Assembly (NCBI GenBank): GCA_038883775.1
Contig: JAVZLM010000007.1
Span: 32,001-96,000 of the forward strand
Reading direction: 5' to 3'
DNA from: Candidatus Bathyarchaeia archaeon
Lineage (GTDB): Archaea; Thermoproteota; Bathyarchaeia; Bathyarchaeales; Bathycorpusculaceae
Length of the DNA: 64,000 nt
In this document: piece after piece, positions 49,859-59,520 of the stretch
Position numbering within the stretch: the stretch's first letter is position 1
Layout: each line of letters starts with the position of its first letter
Translations under genes and position numbers: made by a program
The notes under the pieces: generated by a model
The model's input: the letters and a program-made list of their open reading frames with translations, nothing else
What the model was told of the DNA's origin: nothing
The model's database searches: none

Positions 49859-51262
49859 TTACTCTGAAAGAAAGTTTTGATGCGCAATTATGCTTGCCTT
49901 TCCCTTAACAATTTCAAAAAGCCTTTTACTTATGAAGCCATTTTCTAAAGCTTTCTCAAGTTTTTCTACATCCAAAATCTGAATGGAGCCGTTTGGTTTG
50001 ACGCAAACATCAACCTCCAAATCCACATAACGTATGGCGTGCGGATAAACTTCCACTGGTGTGTTCAAGTTTATGTATGTTCCTTTTAGCTCACCTTTAG
50101 GGGAGAAATATTTTGTTGTGATGTGCCATTCGCCAAGTTTTGTTTCGCTTAAGGCTGTATCACCAGCTTCTTTTTTAACGCCAAGTCCATCATAGAAACC
50201 ATCACTTCGTATTGTTCGCTTAAACCTTAACTCTTTATTGTTTAGGGCGTCTATGGTTGCTTGTCCAAGATGGAAAACAATTCCGCTGAGCTTAACATGC
50301 TCAACATTCACAACAGAGTCTTCTTCTGGAAACTCGTAAAAAATCTGCTCTCTGAAGAATTTCTCCACGTTTTCCCGCTCTTCGCCTTCTTCTAAAAGCC
50401 TCTCCGCCATTTCCAAAGCTGAAGAAACCTTTCCGCCACAACTCTTATAGAAATGATGCCCATCCAAGGTTAGGGTTGCGAAAGCCCTCAGCCTATCCAT
50501 GCCTTTTTTGGAAAAGTAGGGAAATTCTACATCCATAAAGTATAAGCCATCAACCAAGAGCGCTGGAGCTTCTGCAGATGAAACCATTCTCTCTTTTAAA
50601 GTTTCAACTTTATTCGTAAGCATTCTTATTTCGTTTTCCAAAACTTCTCTCGACTGGTTTGCGGATGTTTCACGCCAAATAATCCCCCAACCATTTGGTG
50701 CAAGAGACTTTCCAAGAGCATAAAGTTCCGCTCGTTTGTGCAAATCTCTGATTTTTAGGCTTACGCCGACCTTGCTGTTTTGGGCTAGGATGGCGTAGTT
50801 TCCAATAATCTTCAAATTTGTTGTCAAGATGGGCTGTTTTGCGCCAATTTTTTTCCTTTCAACCTGAACCGTTAATTGTTTCTCGTTGGCATATGCAATT
50901 TCAGATTTGGGAAGTCGCCCAACTATGCCATTGCCAATGTTAACGTAAGCGCCATACTCATCGGAACCCACAACATTTCCACGGTATATCCCGTCAACGC
51001 TAACAAGCCATCTTCGAGTTATAATGTCATCAAAGCAAGAGTGTAAAATAGAGTGAAGCTTGTTTACCGCTTCAAGTGTTCCCAGAATTCTTATGCCTTG
51101 CAAATCATACCTATCCTTAATTTTCAAGTCTGGAGGGGCAAAATTATCATTAAGCCCAAAACGTTTCTTTATGGCTAAAGAAGGGTTAACTATTTCAAAG
51201 CCATTTTCCAAGAGAAGCTTGGTTAAGGCGGTTGTGTAAATTCCCCTAACATTAGCCCTCAA
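49859..51262 (-). CDS. fau-1: Ribonuclease FAU-1 (S1/RNase E-like region plus DUF402)
   Basis: VRGIYTTALT, WGIIWR, GHHFYK, YDGLG, GTYINLNTPVE, YVDLEVD. Confidence 0.88.
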   Translation of the reverse strand: MRANVRGIYTTALTKLLLENGFEIVNPSLAIKKRFGLNDNFAPPDLKIKDRYDLQGIRILGTLEAVNKLHSILHSCFDDIITRRWLVSVDGIYRGNVVGSDEYGAYVNIGNGIVGRLPKSEIAYANEKQLTVQVERKKIGAKQPILTTNLKIIGNYAILAQNSKVGVSLKIRDLHKRAELYALGKSLAPNGWGIIWRETSANQSREVLENEIRMLTNKVETLKERMVSSAEAPALLVDGLYFMDVEFPYFSKKGMDRLRAFATLTLDGHHFYKSCGGKVSSALEMAERLLEEGEERENVEKFFREQIFYEFPEEDSVVNVEHVKLSGIVFHLGQATIDALNNKELRFKRTIRSDGFYDGLGVKKEAGDTALSETKLGEWHITTKYFSPKGELKGTYINLNTPVEVYPHAIRYVDLEVDVCVKPNGSIQILDVEKLEKALENGFISKRLFEIVKGKASIIAHQNFLSE

Positions 51263-51282
51263 GATTTATTCTCCTTCGCCTT

Positions 51283-52320
51283 TCAATCAACCTTCTCAAT
51301 TTTGTAAAGCCCACCAACTTTGTTAACTTGGAATTTTACATTCAAGATTTTTTCTGCAAGCCAAATATTTGTTTCCAAATGATCAGAAAGCGCTCTTGTA
51401 AAGTATAGGGAACTACCTTCAGCTAAGGCAATGTAAGGCACAAGCATATCAGCCAAATGCACATCCACAGTTGGTTTAGCAGAAATCTCCATGTAAAGTT
51501 TTTCGGCAGCCTCTCGCCCCACAGTTTCGCTTGGCTTTCTTAGTTCGCCGATGGCATCAGCCCCCAAAATTGCGTTTGTGTCCGTTTCAGCCCACAAGAC
51601 AATGGAGCTTCCCTTCTGCAGAGGGTTTGACTCATCGTTTACTAGCTGGATATCTGCTGCATAGCCCTTCTCCCTTAAATATTCATTAGAGGCTTTTGCT
51701 TGACGTTCAGCAACCTTCCTATCCGCCAAGAAGGTGCAAACCGAAACGCCACGTATCATTTTTATTTTGCCAAAATCTTTCAAAACTAAAGGTTTTAGAT
51801 GTTTACATGGCTCAACTGTTATGGTTATTTCGCCCATGCCTTTCGGATAATAGCCATACTTATGAACGGTTAAAGTGGCATTCACTCCCATTCGCTTAAG
51901 TGTTGGCAGAAGTACGCAACGTATATAATTGATTGTAGGCGAGTTGGAAACATCTGTTCCGCCCCTTAAGACGTGCAAGTGAACAGTGTTTTCTGCAAAG
52001 GCACATATGGGCAGGATTGTCATTAGAAGCATTGGGATACTTCCAGCTGTGCCAATTTCCGCCTTAACCCTTCCACCCCTAACTGTTTTGGGTTTAAACC
52101 AAAGCTCCCTTGAGTTAAGCTCTGCGCCTTCCACTTCTGCGTCGCAAAGTTTGGCGGCTGTTAAAACTGCTTCTAAATGTTGGGGTCTTAATCCTGGTTG
52201 TGGTCTTCTTTGTCTAATGTTGTAAATGTGAAGGTTTTCGCCTAGGATGGCGGCTAAGGCAACGGACAACCTGAGAATTGTGCCGCTTCCACTTTTTTGG
52301 CTTCCATCGATTTCAATCAC
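51283..52320 (-). CDS. rtcA: RNA 3'-terminal phosphate cyclase
   Basis: IEIDGS...ILRLSVALA, RPQPGLRPQHL, GTAGS, GGTDV, GYYPKG, VDVHLADML, HLETN. Confidence 0.94.
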   Translation of the reverse strand: MIEIDGSQKSGSGTILRLSVALAAILGENLHIYNIRQRRPQPGLRPQHLEAVLTAAKLCDAEVEGAELNSRELWFKPKTVRGGRVKAEIGTAGSIPMLLMTILPICAFAENTVHLHVLRGGTDVSNSPTINYIRCVLLPTLKRMGVNATLTVHKYGYYPKGMGEITITVEPCKHLKPLVLKDFGKIKMIRGVSVCTFLADRKVAERQAKASNEYLREKGYAADIQLVNDESNPLQKGSSIVLWAETDTNAILGADAIGELRKPSETVGREAAEKLYMEISAKPTVDVHLADMLVPYIALAEGSSLYFTRALSDHLETNIWLAEKILNVKFQVNKVGGLYKIEKVD

Positions 52321-52421
52321 TTGTTTAGGCGCTCCTTTATCCGCCCTTAAGTCGTTCTATTAAAGGATGAAAAACAATTAATAAATGCGTATAGTATTAA
52401 AATTTGGAATAGGGAAAACGT

Positions 52422-52832
52422 ATGAGCGAAGAAAGGAGAATCCTCGAAAAGCTTGTGGAAAGAATTGACGAGCTTCTCGTGGTTCTAAATAGAGTCACAG
52501 AAGACTTGAGGGAAGTTTCAACAGCCCTAAAATCTATAGTCATCTCCCACTTAGCACAACCACCAACAACACCAATCCCGACACCCACGTCCATAACTCA
52601 GAAACCTCCAGAAAGATTGCAAGGAATAGATGACATAAAAATGATGTTTCCAGAAGAATTAGAGAACTTATTAAATTTTGAAGAAAAGGACGATTACATA
52701 ATAATAAAGCCCCGACAGTTTTTGGGTTCTGAAAATTTCGCCAAAATAGCCTCTGTAGTGCGTGGAATAGGAGGCGACTACATAAGCGCAGGAAAAGCAT
52801 CCCATTTCAGAGTGCCAAGAAAAAGAACTTAA
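52422..52832 (+). CDS. Hypothetical protein with a coiled coil, Pro/Thr linker and small domain
   Basis: IIKPRQFLGSENFAKIA...GGDYISAGKASHFRVP. Confidence 0.8.
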   Translation: MSEERRILEKLVERIDELLVVLNRVTEDLREVSTALKSIVISHLAQPPTTPIPTPTSITQKPPERLQGIDDIKMMFPEELENLLNFEEKDDYIIIKPRQFLGSENFAKIASVVRGIGGDYISAGKASHFRVPRKRT

Positions 52833-52899
52833 CCAAAATTGAAAAGCAACCAGCCATTTTGGATGTCATACTATCTACTTCAGATGCTTTCAAAGAATG

Positions 52900-53187
52900 T
52901 CAGAGGTGATACCCGTATCTTATTTCAAAATCCTTAAACTCACCCGTATACGTTTCCCAGCGAACGTCTACGTTTGTGACTCTTGCGCCGGATGGTCCAC
53001 GCCTGCAGAAGTTTATGAGTTCTTTAACTTTTTCTTCTTCTCCTTCGAAAACGGCTTCAACTCTGCCGTCTGGCAAGTTGCGAACCCAACCTGTCACTCC
53101 GCGTTTTTTGGCTTCATATCGTGTTTCTGACCTGAAGAAGACGCCTTGCACCATGCCGCTAACAAGTACGTGCGCCCGAATTTTCAT
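52900..53187 (-). CDS. acyP: Acylphosphatase
   Basis: [30 protein letters not shown]. Confidence 0.96.
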   Translation of the reverse strand: MKIRAHVLVSGMVQGVFFRSETRYEAKKRGVTGWVRNLPDGRVEAVFEGEEEKVKELINFCRRGPSGARVTNVDVRWETYTGEFKDFEIRYGYHL

Positions 53188-53327
53188 GGGAATTCGCCCT
53201 TGAAATTTTATGATTTTGAGGGTTTATGAGTTTTCACTTTAACTCATCTCTCTCCACTTTTGGCAAGAGTTGTTGTAACACTTGCTTTAAAAATGGTTTG
53301 GAGCAGTTGGAATTTTGGTGATTTAAA

Positions 53328-53663
53328 ATGTTCGAGAACATTAATGGAAAGTTGATAGTTTACGCCTCAAATTCCACATTTCACGAAAAGCGTATGAGAT
53401 CCATTAGGGCTGCTGCTGAAAGGATGGCGAAGGTGTTGAAAGTAAATTTTGAAGTCGTAGCTTTAAGGGAGAAGTTCACGCCTATATATATTTACTACAA
53501 AAATGGCGACGAAGAACCAGTTCCAATTTATTGTGATAAGGATGGGAAGGTAGACGAAATGGAGATTTTTAATGCCTTGAGGAATATGATTTTTGTTTTA
53601 TCATTTCATCCTAAGTATTCGGGTTTGAGGCGGATAAGGAAAGAGGTTATGTCGTTTTCTTAA
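53328..53663 (+). CDS. Hypothetical protein
   Basis: 111-aa ORF with a GGTGA SD; IYIYY...VPIYCD...LRNMIFVLSFHP. Confidence 0.78.
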   Translation: MFENINGKLIVYASNSTFHEKRMRSIRAAAERMAKVLKVNFEVVALREKFTPIYIYYKNGDEEPVPIYCDKDGKVDEMEIFNALRNMIFVLSFHPKYSGLRRIRKEVMSFS

Positions 53664-53973
53664 ATCGTATGTTCTGGTTTTCAAGCCATATTTCGTAAGT
53701 TTGATTCACATCAAAGTCTATACCCAAACTCTCGTATTCTTGCTCGGTCAGAAACAATATTATTTTGGGAATGGCGAATTCTGTTCTTGCTGGAAAAATG
53801 GGCAATTGCTGCTGCACCGCTTGAAGAACTTCTTGCACCATTTTAGCCTCTTCGCTTTGCGGTCTAACAACAAAGCGTGGTATCTCCCGTTCTTCAACTA
53901 ACTCTATTCGCTTTCCGAGGTTGCCGTCCGGATCTCGGATTGATTCGATTTTATTTACTCTAACGCGGAACAT
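53647..53973 (-). CDS. Arcadin-1-like protein
   Basis: RDPDG...RIELVEEREIP and PKIILFLTEQEYESLG resemble Thermoproteales arcadin-1 as recalled; ATG at 53973. Confidence 0.65.
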   Translation of the reverse strand: MFRVRVNKIESIRDPDGNLGKRIELVEEREIPRFVVRPQSEEAKMVQEVLQAVQQQLPIFPARTEFAIPKIILFLTEQEYESLGIDFDVNQTYEIWLENQNIRFKKTT

Positions 53974-54010
53974 GTCAATCGCAAGAAATAGTGTAGTTTG
54001 GCTATTTAGG

Positions 54011-55213
54011 TTATTCCATTTCGATTGTGGCTGGAGGCTTTGGGGTGACATCATAATAAACTGTTGACACATCGCCGCATTCTTTAAAGACAGCGCCAGC
54101 AATCTTGTTCAGTGTAGACCATGGTATTTCAGAAACAGTTGCGGTCAAGAAATCTTCGGTTTGGACAGATCGTATGCCAACAACATAGGGTTTCTTCTGG
54201 GCTAAATCTTTAACTGCATAGAAAACCCGAGCAACGGAAGGATTTTCAGTTATAATTTTCGCTTGGAGAGAAACAATTTTCTGAAGGGGCGCCTGATGAA
54301 CCTTTCCGTTCATTGTTTGAACTCTAATCCCAACAATTTCGCCGTAACGTCGCTTTCCACCCTCCACTCCAGTGGCTTTATCTCTGAAAACTTTTACATC
54401 GACATTTCTTGATGGAACGTTAAGAAGCCTTGCAACAGTTTCTTTTATGCGGTTGACTTCGGAAAGCTTTAACTCCTCTTCATTGTCGATGATTACGGCA
54501 AAATACTGGCTTGGCTTGTGCTGTTCCAATTCGCATTCAACAATTTTTGTAGCTTTCTTCAAAATCTCAAGTTTGTCACGACGGATTTCCCCAACAACAC
54601 GAACAGACAAGCCCGGTCCCGGGAATGGTTGTCTTTCGGAAATTTCGGCGGGTAACCCTAAATATCTTGCTACTGCTCTAACTTGGGGTTTATACAATGT
54701 TACGAGGGGTTCGACAATTTTGAAGCCATAATGTTCCATGGGGTTTATTCCCATTTGCTCCAAAACATTATGTTGCGTTTTTACGCCGCCCACGGTTTCA
54801 ATAATGTCTGCTTTTATTGTGCCTTGAACGAGAATTTTGCAGCTTTCGTTTTTTGCTGTTTCGCTCAGAACTTGATAGAAGGTTTCGCGGAATTTTTTGC
54901 GTTTTTCTTCAGCATCCCTTAAACCCTTCATGTTTTGTAGAAAACGTTCACGAACATCCACAACCTTTGTTGGAACATTCAAAGGAGGGTTAGACAAGAT
55001 TTCTGCCACACGTTCTGGCTCACCTTCCCGCATGAAAGCATCATCAAGGATTACGCAGGAAAGGTTTTCACCTATGGCTTTATGCGTTAACACAGCACAT
55101 GTCGAACTGTCAACACCGCCTGAAACAGCAACCAAAGCCTTTTCATTGCCAATCTTTTTTCTAATTTCCTCAATTTGATTTTTCACAAAATTTTTCGCTT
55201 CAAACGACTCCAC
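54011..55213 (-). CDS. guaAB: GMP synthase ATP-pyrophosphatase subunit B, long form
   Basis: AVSGGVDS, EEKRK, QGTIKAD, KTQHNV, RQPFPGPGLSVR, YDVTPKPPATIE. Confidence 0.9.
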   Translation of the reverse strand: MESFEAKNFVKNQIEEIRKKIGNEKALVAVSGGVDSSTCAVLTHKAIGENLSCVILDDAFMREGEPERVAEILSNPPLNVPTKVVDVRERFLQNMKGLRDAEEKRKKFRETFYQVLSETAKNESCKILVQGTIKADIIETVGGVKTQHNVLEQMGINPMEHYGFKIVEPLVTLYKPQVRAVARYLGLPAEISERQPFPGPGLSVRVVGEIRRDKLEILKKATKIVECELEQHKPSQYFAVIIDNEEELKLSEVNRIKETVARLLNVPSRNVDVKVFRDKATGVEGGKRRYGEIVGIRVQTMNGKVHQAPLQKIVSLQAKIITENPSVARVFYAVKDLAQKKPYVVGIRSVQTEDFLTATVSEIPWSTLNKIAGAVFKECGDVSTVYYDVTPKPPATIEME

Positions 55214-55432
55214 TAAGACACCCCTTTTTATGCTCTAACTTGATTTGCTGTTTCACAATTTATGGTTTACCACAAACCAATAAAAAATACTAGATGAAAA
55301 AACAAATTTCAAGATTATTATTTAAAAATTGAAGTGTTTTTGGAGAAAAAGAAGCAGCAAATTAAGGTAATAATTCAAATTAAAGTTTTTGTGCTTCAGA
55401 ATCTCTATAATAGAAAAATTAGGTGGTTCGAA

Positions 55433-55765
55433 ATGAAAATCGAAGGTGCAAAAGCTTTGGCTGACGCCTTAAAAGAATTGAACGAAAGCTATGCGGAACT
55501 ACTGCAAAACTTGAAAGAAACAACTAAGGAAGCAAAAGCAACAAAAAATTTGTGGCGCAAAGGAAACAGTTCAAAACTAATAAAAATCGGTTTAGCCCTA
55601 ATAGCCTTTCCAGACCCAACAATAAGCGATATAATAGGCTCAGCTTTAGTTGCTGCTGGAATGGTTCAACAAGGAATACGCCGCCGCACCATTTATGTTG
55701 AGGATGTTTATAAGACATTCCAAAGCACGCTTAAAGAAGTTTGGAATATGAGAGAAAGCCTTTAA
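55433..55765 (+). CDS. Hypothetical protein
   Basis: Coiled-coil N-terminus; GLALIAFPDPTISDIIG hydrophobic segment; ATG after AGGTGG. Confidence 0.75.
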   Translation: MKIEGAKALADALKELNESYAELLQNLKETTKEAKATKNLWRKGNSSKLIKIGLALIAFPDPTISDIIGSALVAAGMVQQGIRRRTIYVEDVYKTFQSTLKEVWNMRESL

Positions 55766-55834
55766 ATGCGAGTTAATAGCCAAATTTTATATTTGCAGCA
55801 TATTATATGCATAACATGTTTAGGGGGAAATAAA

Positions 55835-55987
55835 GTGAAACTTGTAACAGTATTGTTGCCAGAAGCCTATTTAGAAGGATTAGATGAGCTTGTTAGGGCG
55901 AATATGTATCCAAGCAGAAGCGCAGCCATACGCTCAGCAGTTAGAGATTTGTTGAAGAAAGAATTGTGGGAAAGAAGAGAAAGATAG
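55835..55987 (+). CDS. Ribbon-helix-helix regulator (CdrS/aCcr1-like)
   Basis: VTVLLPEAYLEGLDELV...YPSRSAAIRSAVRDLLKKELW; GTG start after GGGGG. Confidence 0.88.
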   Translation: MKLVTVLLPEAYLEGLDELVRANMYPSRSAAIRSAVRDLLKKELWERRER

Positions 55988-56045
55988 CATACGCTCACGT
56001 TCAAATAGAGTATGATTAAAAAGGATTAGGAGAGGATTAATCCCA

Positions 56046-56978
56046 ATGAAACAGCATATTGTTCCTAAACAATGCCACTTGGCATCAACTTTTTCCATTG
56101 TAGCTTTCGATCCATCTACCAGAGATTTGGGAGTCGCCGTACAATCACGTTACTTCTCTGTTGGTTCTATTGTTCCTTGGGCAGAAGCAGACGTTGGAGC
56201 AATCGCAACCCAATCTTTTGTTAACGTTTCTTATGGCCCTCGTGGTTTACAGCTTCTTAAACAAGGTCTAACAGTTGAGGAAGTAATAGATAAACTCACA
56301 AGAGATGATGAAGCCAGAGAGTTTCGCCAAGTTGGAATCGTAGACGCTAAGGGTAACGCAGACGCCTTTACAGGAAAAAACTGTCTAGAATGGGCTGGGA
56401 GCAAAATCGGCAAAAACTATGCAGTTCAAGGAAACATTTTAACAAGCGAGGATGTGGTGGCAAGGATGGCGCAAAAATTCGAAGAAACTCATGGAGATTT
56501 AGCTGATAAACTAATTGCTGCGCTGGAAGGCGGCGAAGAAGCTGGAGGTGACGCAAGAGGAAGACAATCTGCCGCCTTGCTTGTAGTCAGAAAAAATTGT
56601 GGGCGTGCAGGCTATGGCGACCGTTACATTGATTTACGCGTCGAAGACCATCCCAACCCAATTGCAGAATTAAAACGCTTGCTTGTTTTACATCGCATTT
56701 ACTCCTTAATTGACGAGGGCGAAGAAAAATTGGCAAAAGGCGATTTGAAAGCCTCTCTAGCAGTTTTGATGAAAGCAGTTTCGCTAAACCCAAATGTTGA
56801 CGATGTATATGTTGATTTGGGCATAGTCTATTTGAGACTTGGAGAGAAGCAAGAAGCAATAAACGCTTTTAAAAAGGCTTTGCAATTGAATCCGAAAATG
56901 AGAAATTTGATAAGACAACTTCCCAAGTTTGGATGGATGGAATCAAACCAAGAAATTTTTAGGGAAATCAGAATTTAA
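56046..56978 (+). CDS. DUF1028 Ntn-hydrolase-like protein with C-terminal TPR repeats
   Basis: TFSIVA, GVAVQS, ATQS, QGNIL, GGDARGRQSAALLV, DLRVEDH; TPR-like tail. Confidence 0.9.
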   Translation: MKQHIVPKQCHLASTFSIVAFDPSTRDLGVAVQSRYFSVGSIVPWAEADVGAIATQSFVNVSYGPRGLQLLKQGLTVEEVIDKLTRDDEAREFRQVGIVDAKGNADAFTGKNCLEWAGSKIGKNYAVQGNILTSEDVVARMAQKFEETHGDLADKLIAALEGGEEAGGDARGRQSAALLVVRKNCGRAGYGDRYIDLRVEDHPNPIAELKRLLVLHRIYSLIDEGEEKLAKGDLKASLAVLMKAVSLNPNVDDVYVDLGIVYLRLGEKQEAINAFKKALQLNPKMRNLIRQLPKFGWMESNQEIFREIRI

Positions 56979-57754
56979 AATTCCAACTTAATTTTGTTTG
57001 CTAAATCTCTAATATTCTTTGCCGCTTTTGAAGGATCTTCGGCTTGTGTTATTGCTCTTCCAACAATGAGATAGCGAGCTCCAGCTTCAATGGCGGCTTT
57101 AACATCGCCTCCTTGAGCGCCTATTCCAGGCGAGTATATAGGAACTTTTTCGCCGAGTATGGTGTATACTTCTTTTATTTTTTCTGGATGTGTCCCGCCA
57201 ACCACGGCTCCTTCTGCCTCATGTTTCAAAGCCTTTCTTGCAAACAAGATATATTGCAATATTTTTTTGCCCGTTTCAGGATCTATTACTGTTTGTCCAT
57301 AACCTTCAACGGCTCCTTTGTGGCTCATGTAAACTAGAAGGATTACGCCACGCTGCAAATTTCGGGATACATCAAAAATTGGTTTTAAGCCTTCCTCCCA
57401 TCCTATAAAGGGATTAGCAATTAAAGCGTCAAATCCAGCGGCATAATAATACTCAGCGATAACCTGATTTGTTGAGCCTATATCGTTTATTTTGCAGTCC
57501 ATGATTGTCAAAAGCCCATAATCATGAACTTTTTCTAGGAGCTTTTTAATTCCGTCAAAGGTGCCAAGAGGGAGGACCAGATGGTGGTTAAATTTTACAG
57601 CACATATATACTCGTGAACACTTTCCAAGACTTTTTCTGCTTTAGAAAATAGTTTCTTACGGTTTTCTGGCTTTTCGAAGGGAAAATCTAAAGCTAAAAC
57701 AATGTTGGATCTTCTACTTTTGGCAGTTTGTTCCATCTTGCTTTGGAAAGACAT
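56975..57754 (-). CDS. pyrF: Orotidine-5'-phosphate decarboxylase
   Basis: LALD, DCKINDIGST, SPGIGAQGG, IVGRAI. Confidence 0.94.
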   Translation of the reverse strand: MSFQSKMEQTAKSRRSNIVLALDFPFEKPENRKKLFSKAEKVLESVHEYICAVKFNHHLVLPLGTFDGIKKLLEKVHDYGLLTIMDCKINDIGSTNQVIAEYYYAAGFDALIANPFIGWEEGLKPIFDVSRNLQRGVILLVYMSHKGAVEGYGQTVIDPETGKKILQYILFARKALKHEAEGAVVGGTHPEKIKEVYTILGEKVPIYSPGIGAQGGDVKAAIEAGARYLIVGRAITQAEDPSKAAKNIRDLANKIKLEF

Positions 57755-57769
57755 GCGAAACACCGCTTT

Positions 57770-58465
57770 CTATTTATGTTTTGAACTAAAAATCTTTACT
57801 ACTTCGATTTCTCCATGCGCCACCATTTGGATATATGCAAGTGTCGTTTCTACGCACTCTCTCAGCTGGTCTGTCGTGATTCCAGGAGCCCCATAGCCAA
57901 TTATAAGCACATTTTTAGTTTGCTCAGTAATTTTTGTATAGTCTGAGTCTCTATGTGGATAAAGGCACAAAATTTGTTTTCGGTCGGCTAAAACAAGCAT
58001 TTTATCAGTTAATGCGAGAGGCTTATTCATACCAATTCCAGTGAAAGTTTCGCCATTTCTTGCAAATCGAACTTCAAATAGCGGGTTTAAGCAGTTTTTA
58101 TCAAATCCGCTTATGGGAATTATGGCTTTCATAGAAGCCAAATTATAAGCATCTACAACCGTTGAAATACACGGCAAATCTTCACCATGCAAAACTCGCC
58201 TCAGTAAGGCTTCGCCAGAAGGTCTCGTCTTCGTCGGGTCTATATCAAGTTTCCAGTAGAAATCTCTGTAGGCTCTCACTACAGGATTATCCTTCAACGT
58301 TTCAATGTTATATTTGGCTCTAACTTCCTCGTAGGCACTCTTTTTTAGTTTTTTGATTTGCTCGTTCTCCTTTTCCACATGTACACCGTTGATTATGCCA
58401 ATGCATATGGCAAGTTCTGGAAATTTTGATAAGACTTGTGGATCCCAGTTTAGATGGAACTGCAT
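57770..58465 (-). CDS. Stand-alone B3/B4-domain protein (PheRS-beta editing-like)
   Basis: AYRDFYWKLDIDPTKTRPSGEALLRR, VVDAYNLAS, YPHRDS. Confidence 0.9.
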   Translation of the reverse strand: MQFHLNWDPQVLSKFPELAICIGIINGVHVEKENEQIKKLKKSAYEEVRAKYNIETLKDNPVVRAYRDFYWKLDIDPTKTRPSGEALLRRVLHGEDLPCISTVVDAYNLASMKAIIPISGFDKNCLNPLFEVRFARNGETFTGIGMNKPLALTDKMLVLADRKQILCLYPHRDSDYTKITEQTKNVLIIGYGAPGITTDQLRECVETTLAYIQMVAHGEIEVVKIFSSKHK

Positions 58466-58550
58466 TTTTATATTCCAACTATTATTTTTAGGCGTCAGAT
58501 ATTTAACAGCTTAATGCAAAAAATTTATTCTTTCAAAATTGCGTGAAACA

Positions 58551-59452
58551 ATGATAGGTGAACTTGCCGCTTTAGGTGCAGCCTTAACCTGGACATTCTC
58601 AGCAGTCCTCTATAAGGAAGCATTGTTAAAAACCAAGCCTATATCAGCGAACATTGTAAGACTTGTATGCATAAGTGCAATTCTGATTATTTATTTAATG
58701 GTTATTGGTAAAATTTCTATTTTAACAACTTTACCGCTTAACGCTGTTTCTGGCATGTCTAAGCGGAATAATTGGTTTAGGCTTCGGCGACACATTATAT
58801 ATGTATAGCCTAAAACTTATAGGCGTGGCAAAAGCCGTTCCAATAACGTGTATCTATCCACTCTTCAACCTTTTATGGAGCATTTTCCTTTTTAGAGGAG
58901 TCTATCACCCCCGCCAATAGTTTTTGGAGCACTCATAATCGTTTTTGGAATAGCACTTTTAAGCGGCGAAGAGAAGAGTGAAAACTCACAGAAAGTGCGT
59001 AAAGAAAACTTGGTTAAGGGAGTGATTTCCGCTTTAATTACAGCTTTAATGTGGTCCTTGAGCATAACATTAATAGACGTGGCGGTAACGCTTCCAGAAA
59101 CGAGCAGTTTAGACAACGCCTTGGCAATTAACACCATTAGAACAATGGTAATTGCAGTTTTACTATTGGCTACTTCACCAATCATTGATAGAAAATTTGG
59201 CCTCTTAAAAATGCAAAGAAAACATTAGCCATGCTCATTTCAGGTGGTATCATAGCCCTCGGTTTAGGATGGTTCTTCCTTACATACAGCTTCATACACG
59301 CTCGAGAAGCCCGTGTGGTCCCAATATCTTCCACCACTCCATTATTTTCAACATTGTCTGCAACAATTCTTCTCCATGAAACGGCAACGCCAAAGAACAT
59401 TGTTGGAGCCATAATAGCTGTCGCAGGAATATTTCATCTTCTGAAAAGGTGA
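58551..59452 (+). pseudogene. EamA/DMT-family transporter with at least three frameshifts
   Basis: Segments in successive frames: GELAALGAALTW, then IIGLGFGDTLY...PITCIYPLF, then EESITPPIVFGALII...ALMWS, then SSTTPLFSTLSA...LHE. Shifts fall in short T/A runs near 58748, 58890 and 59220. Confidence 0.8.
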
Positions 59453-59520
59453 AAAACGGTATAGTTTTATACTTCACATTGTTTAAAAGGAAAACTTGGC
59501 GGACTGGAAGGTCGTAGGGC

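Noticed and set aside
51283-52320. Functional link between rtcA and the pcm intron
   Set aside because: rtcA is about 7.5 kb away among core genes, and EndA products already carry 2',3'-cyclic phosphates. The proximity is probably incidental.
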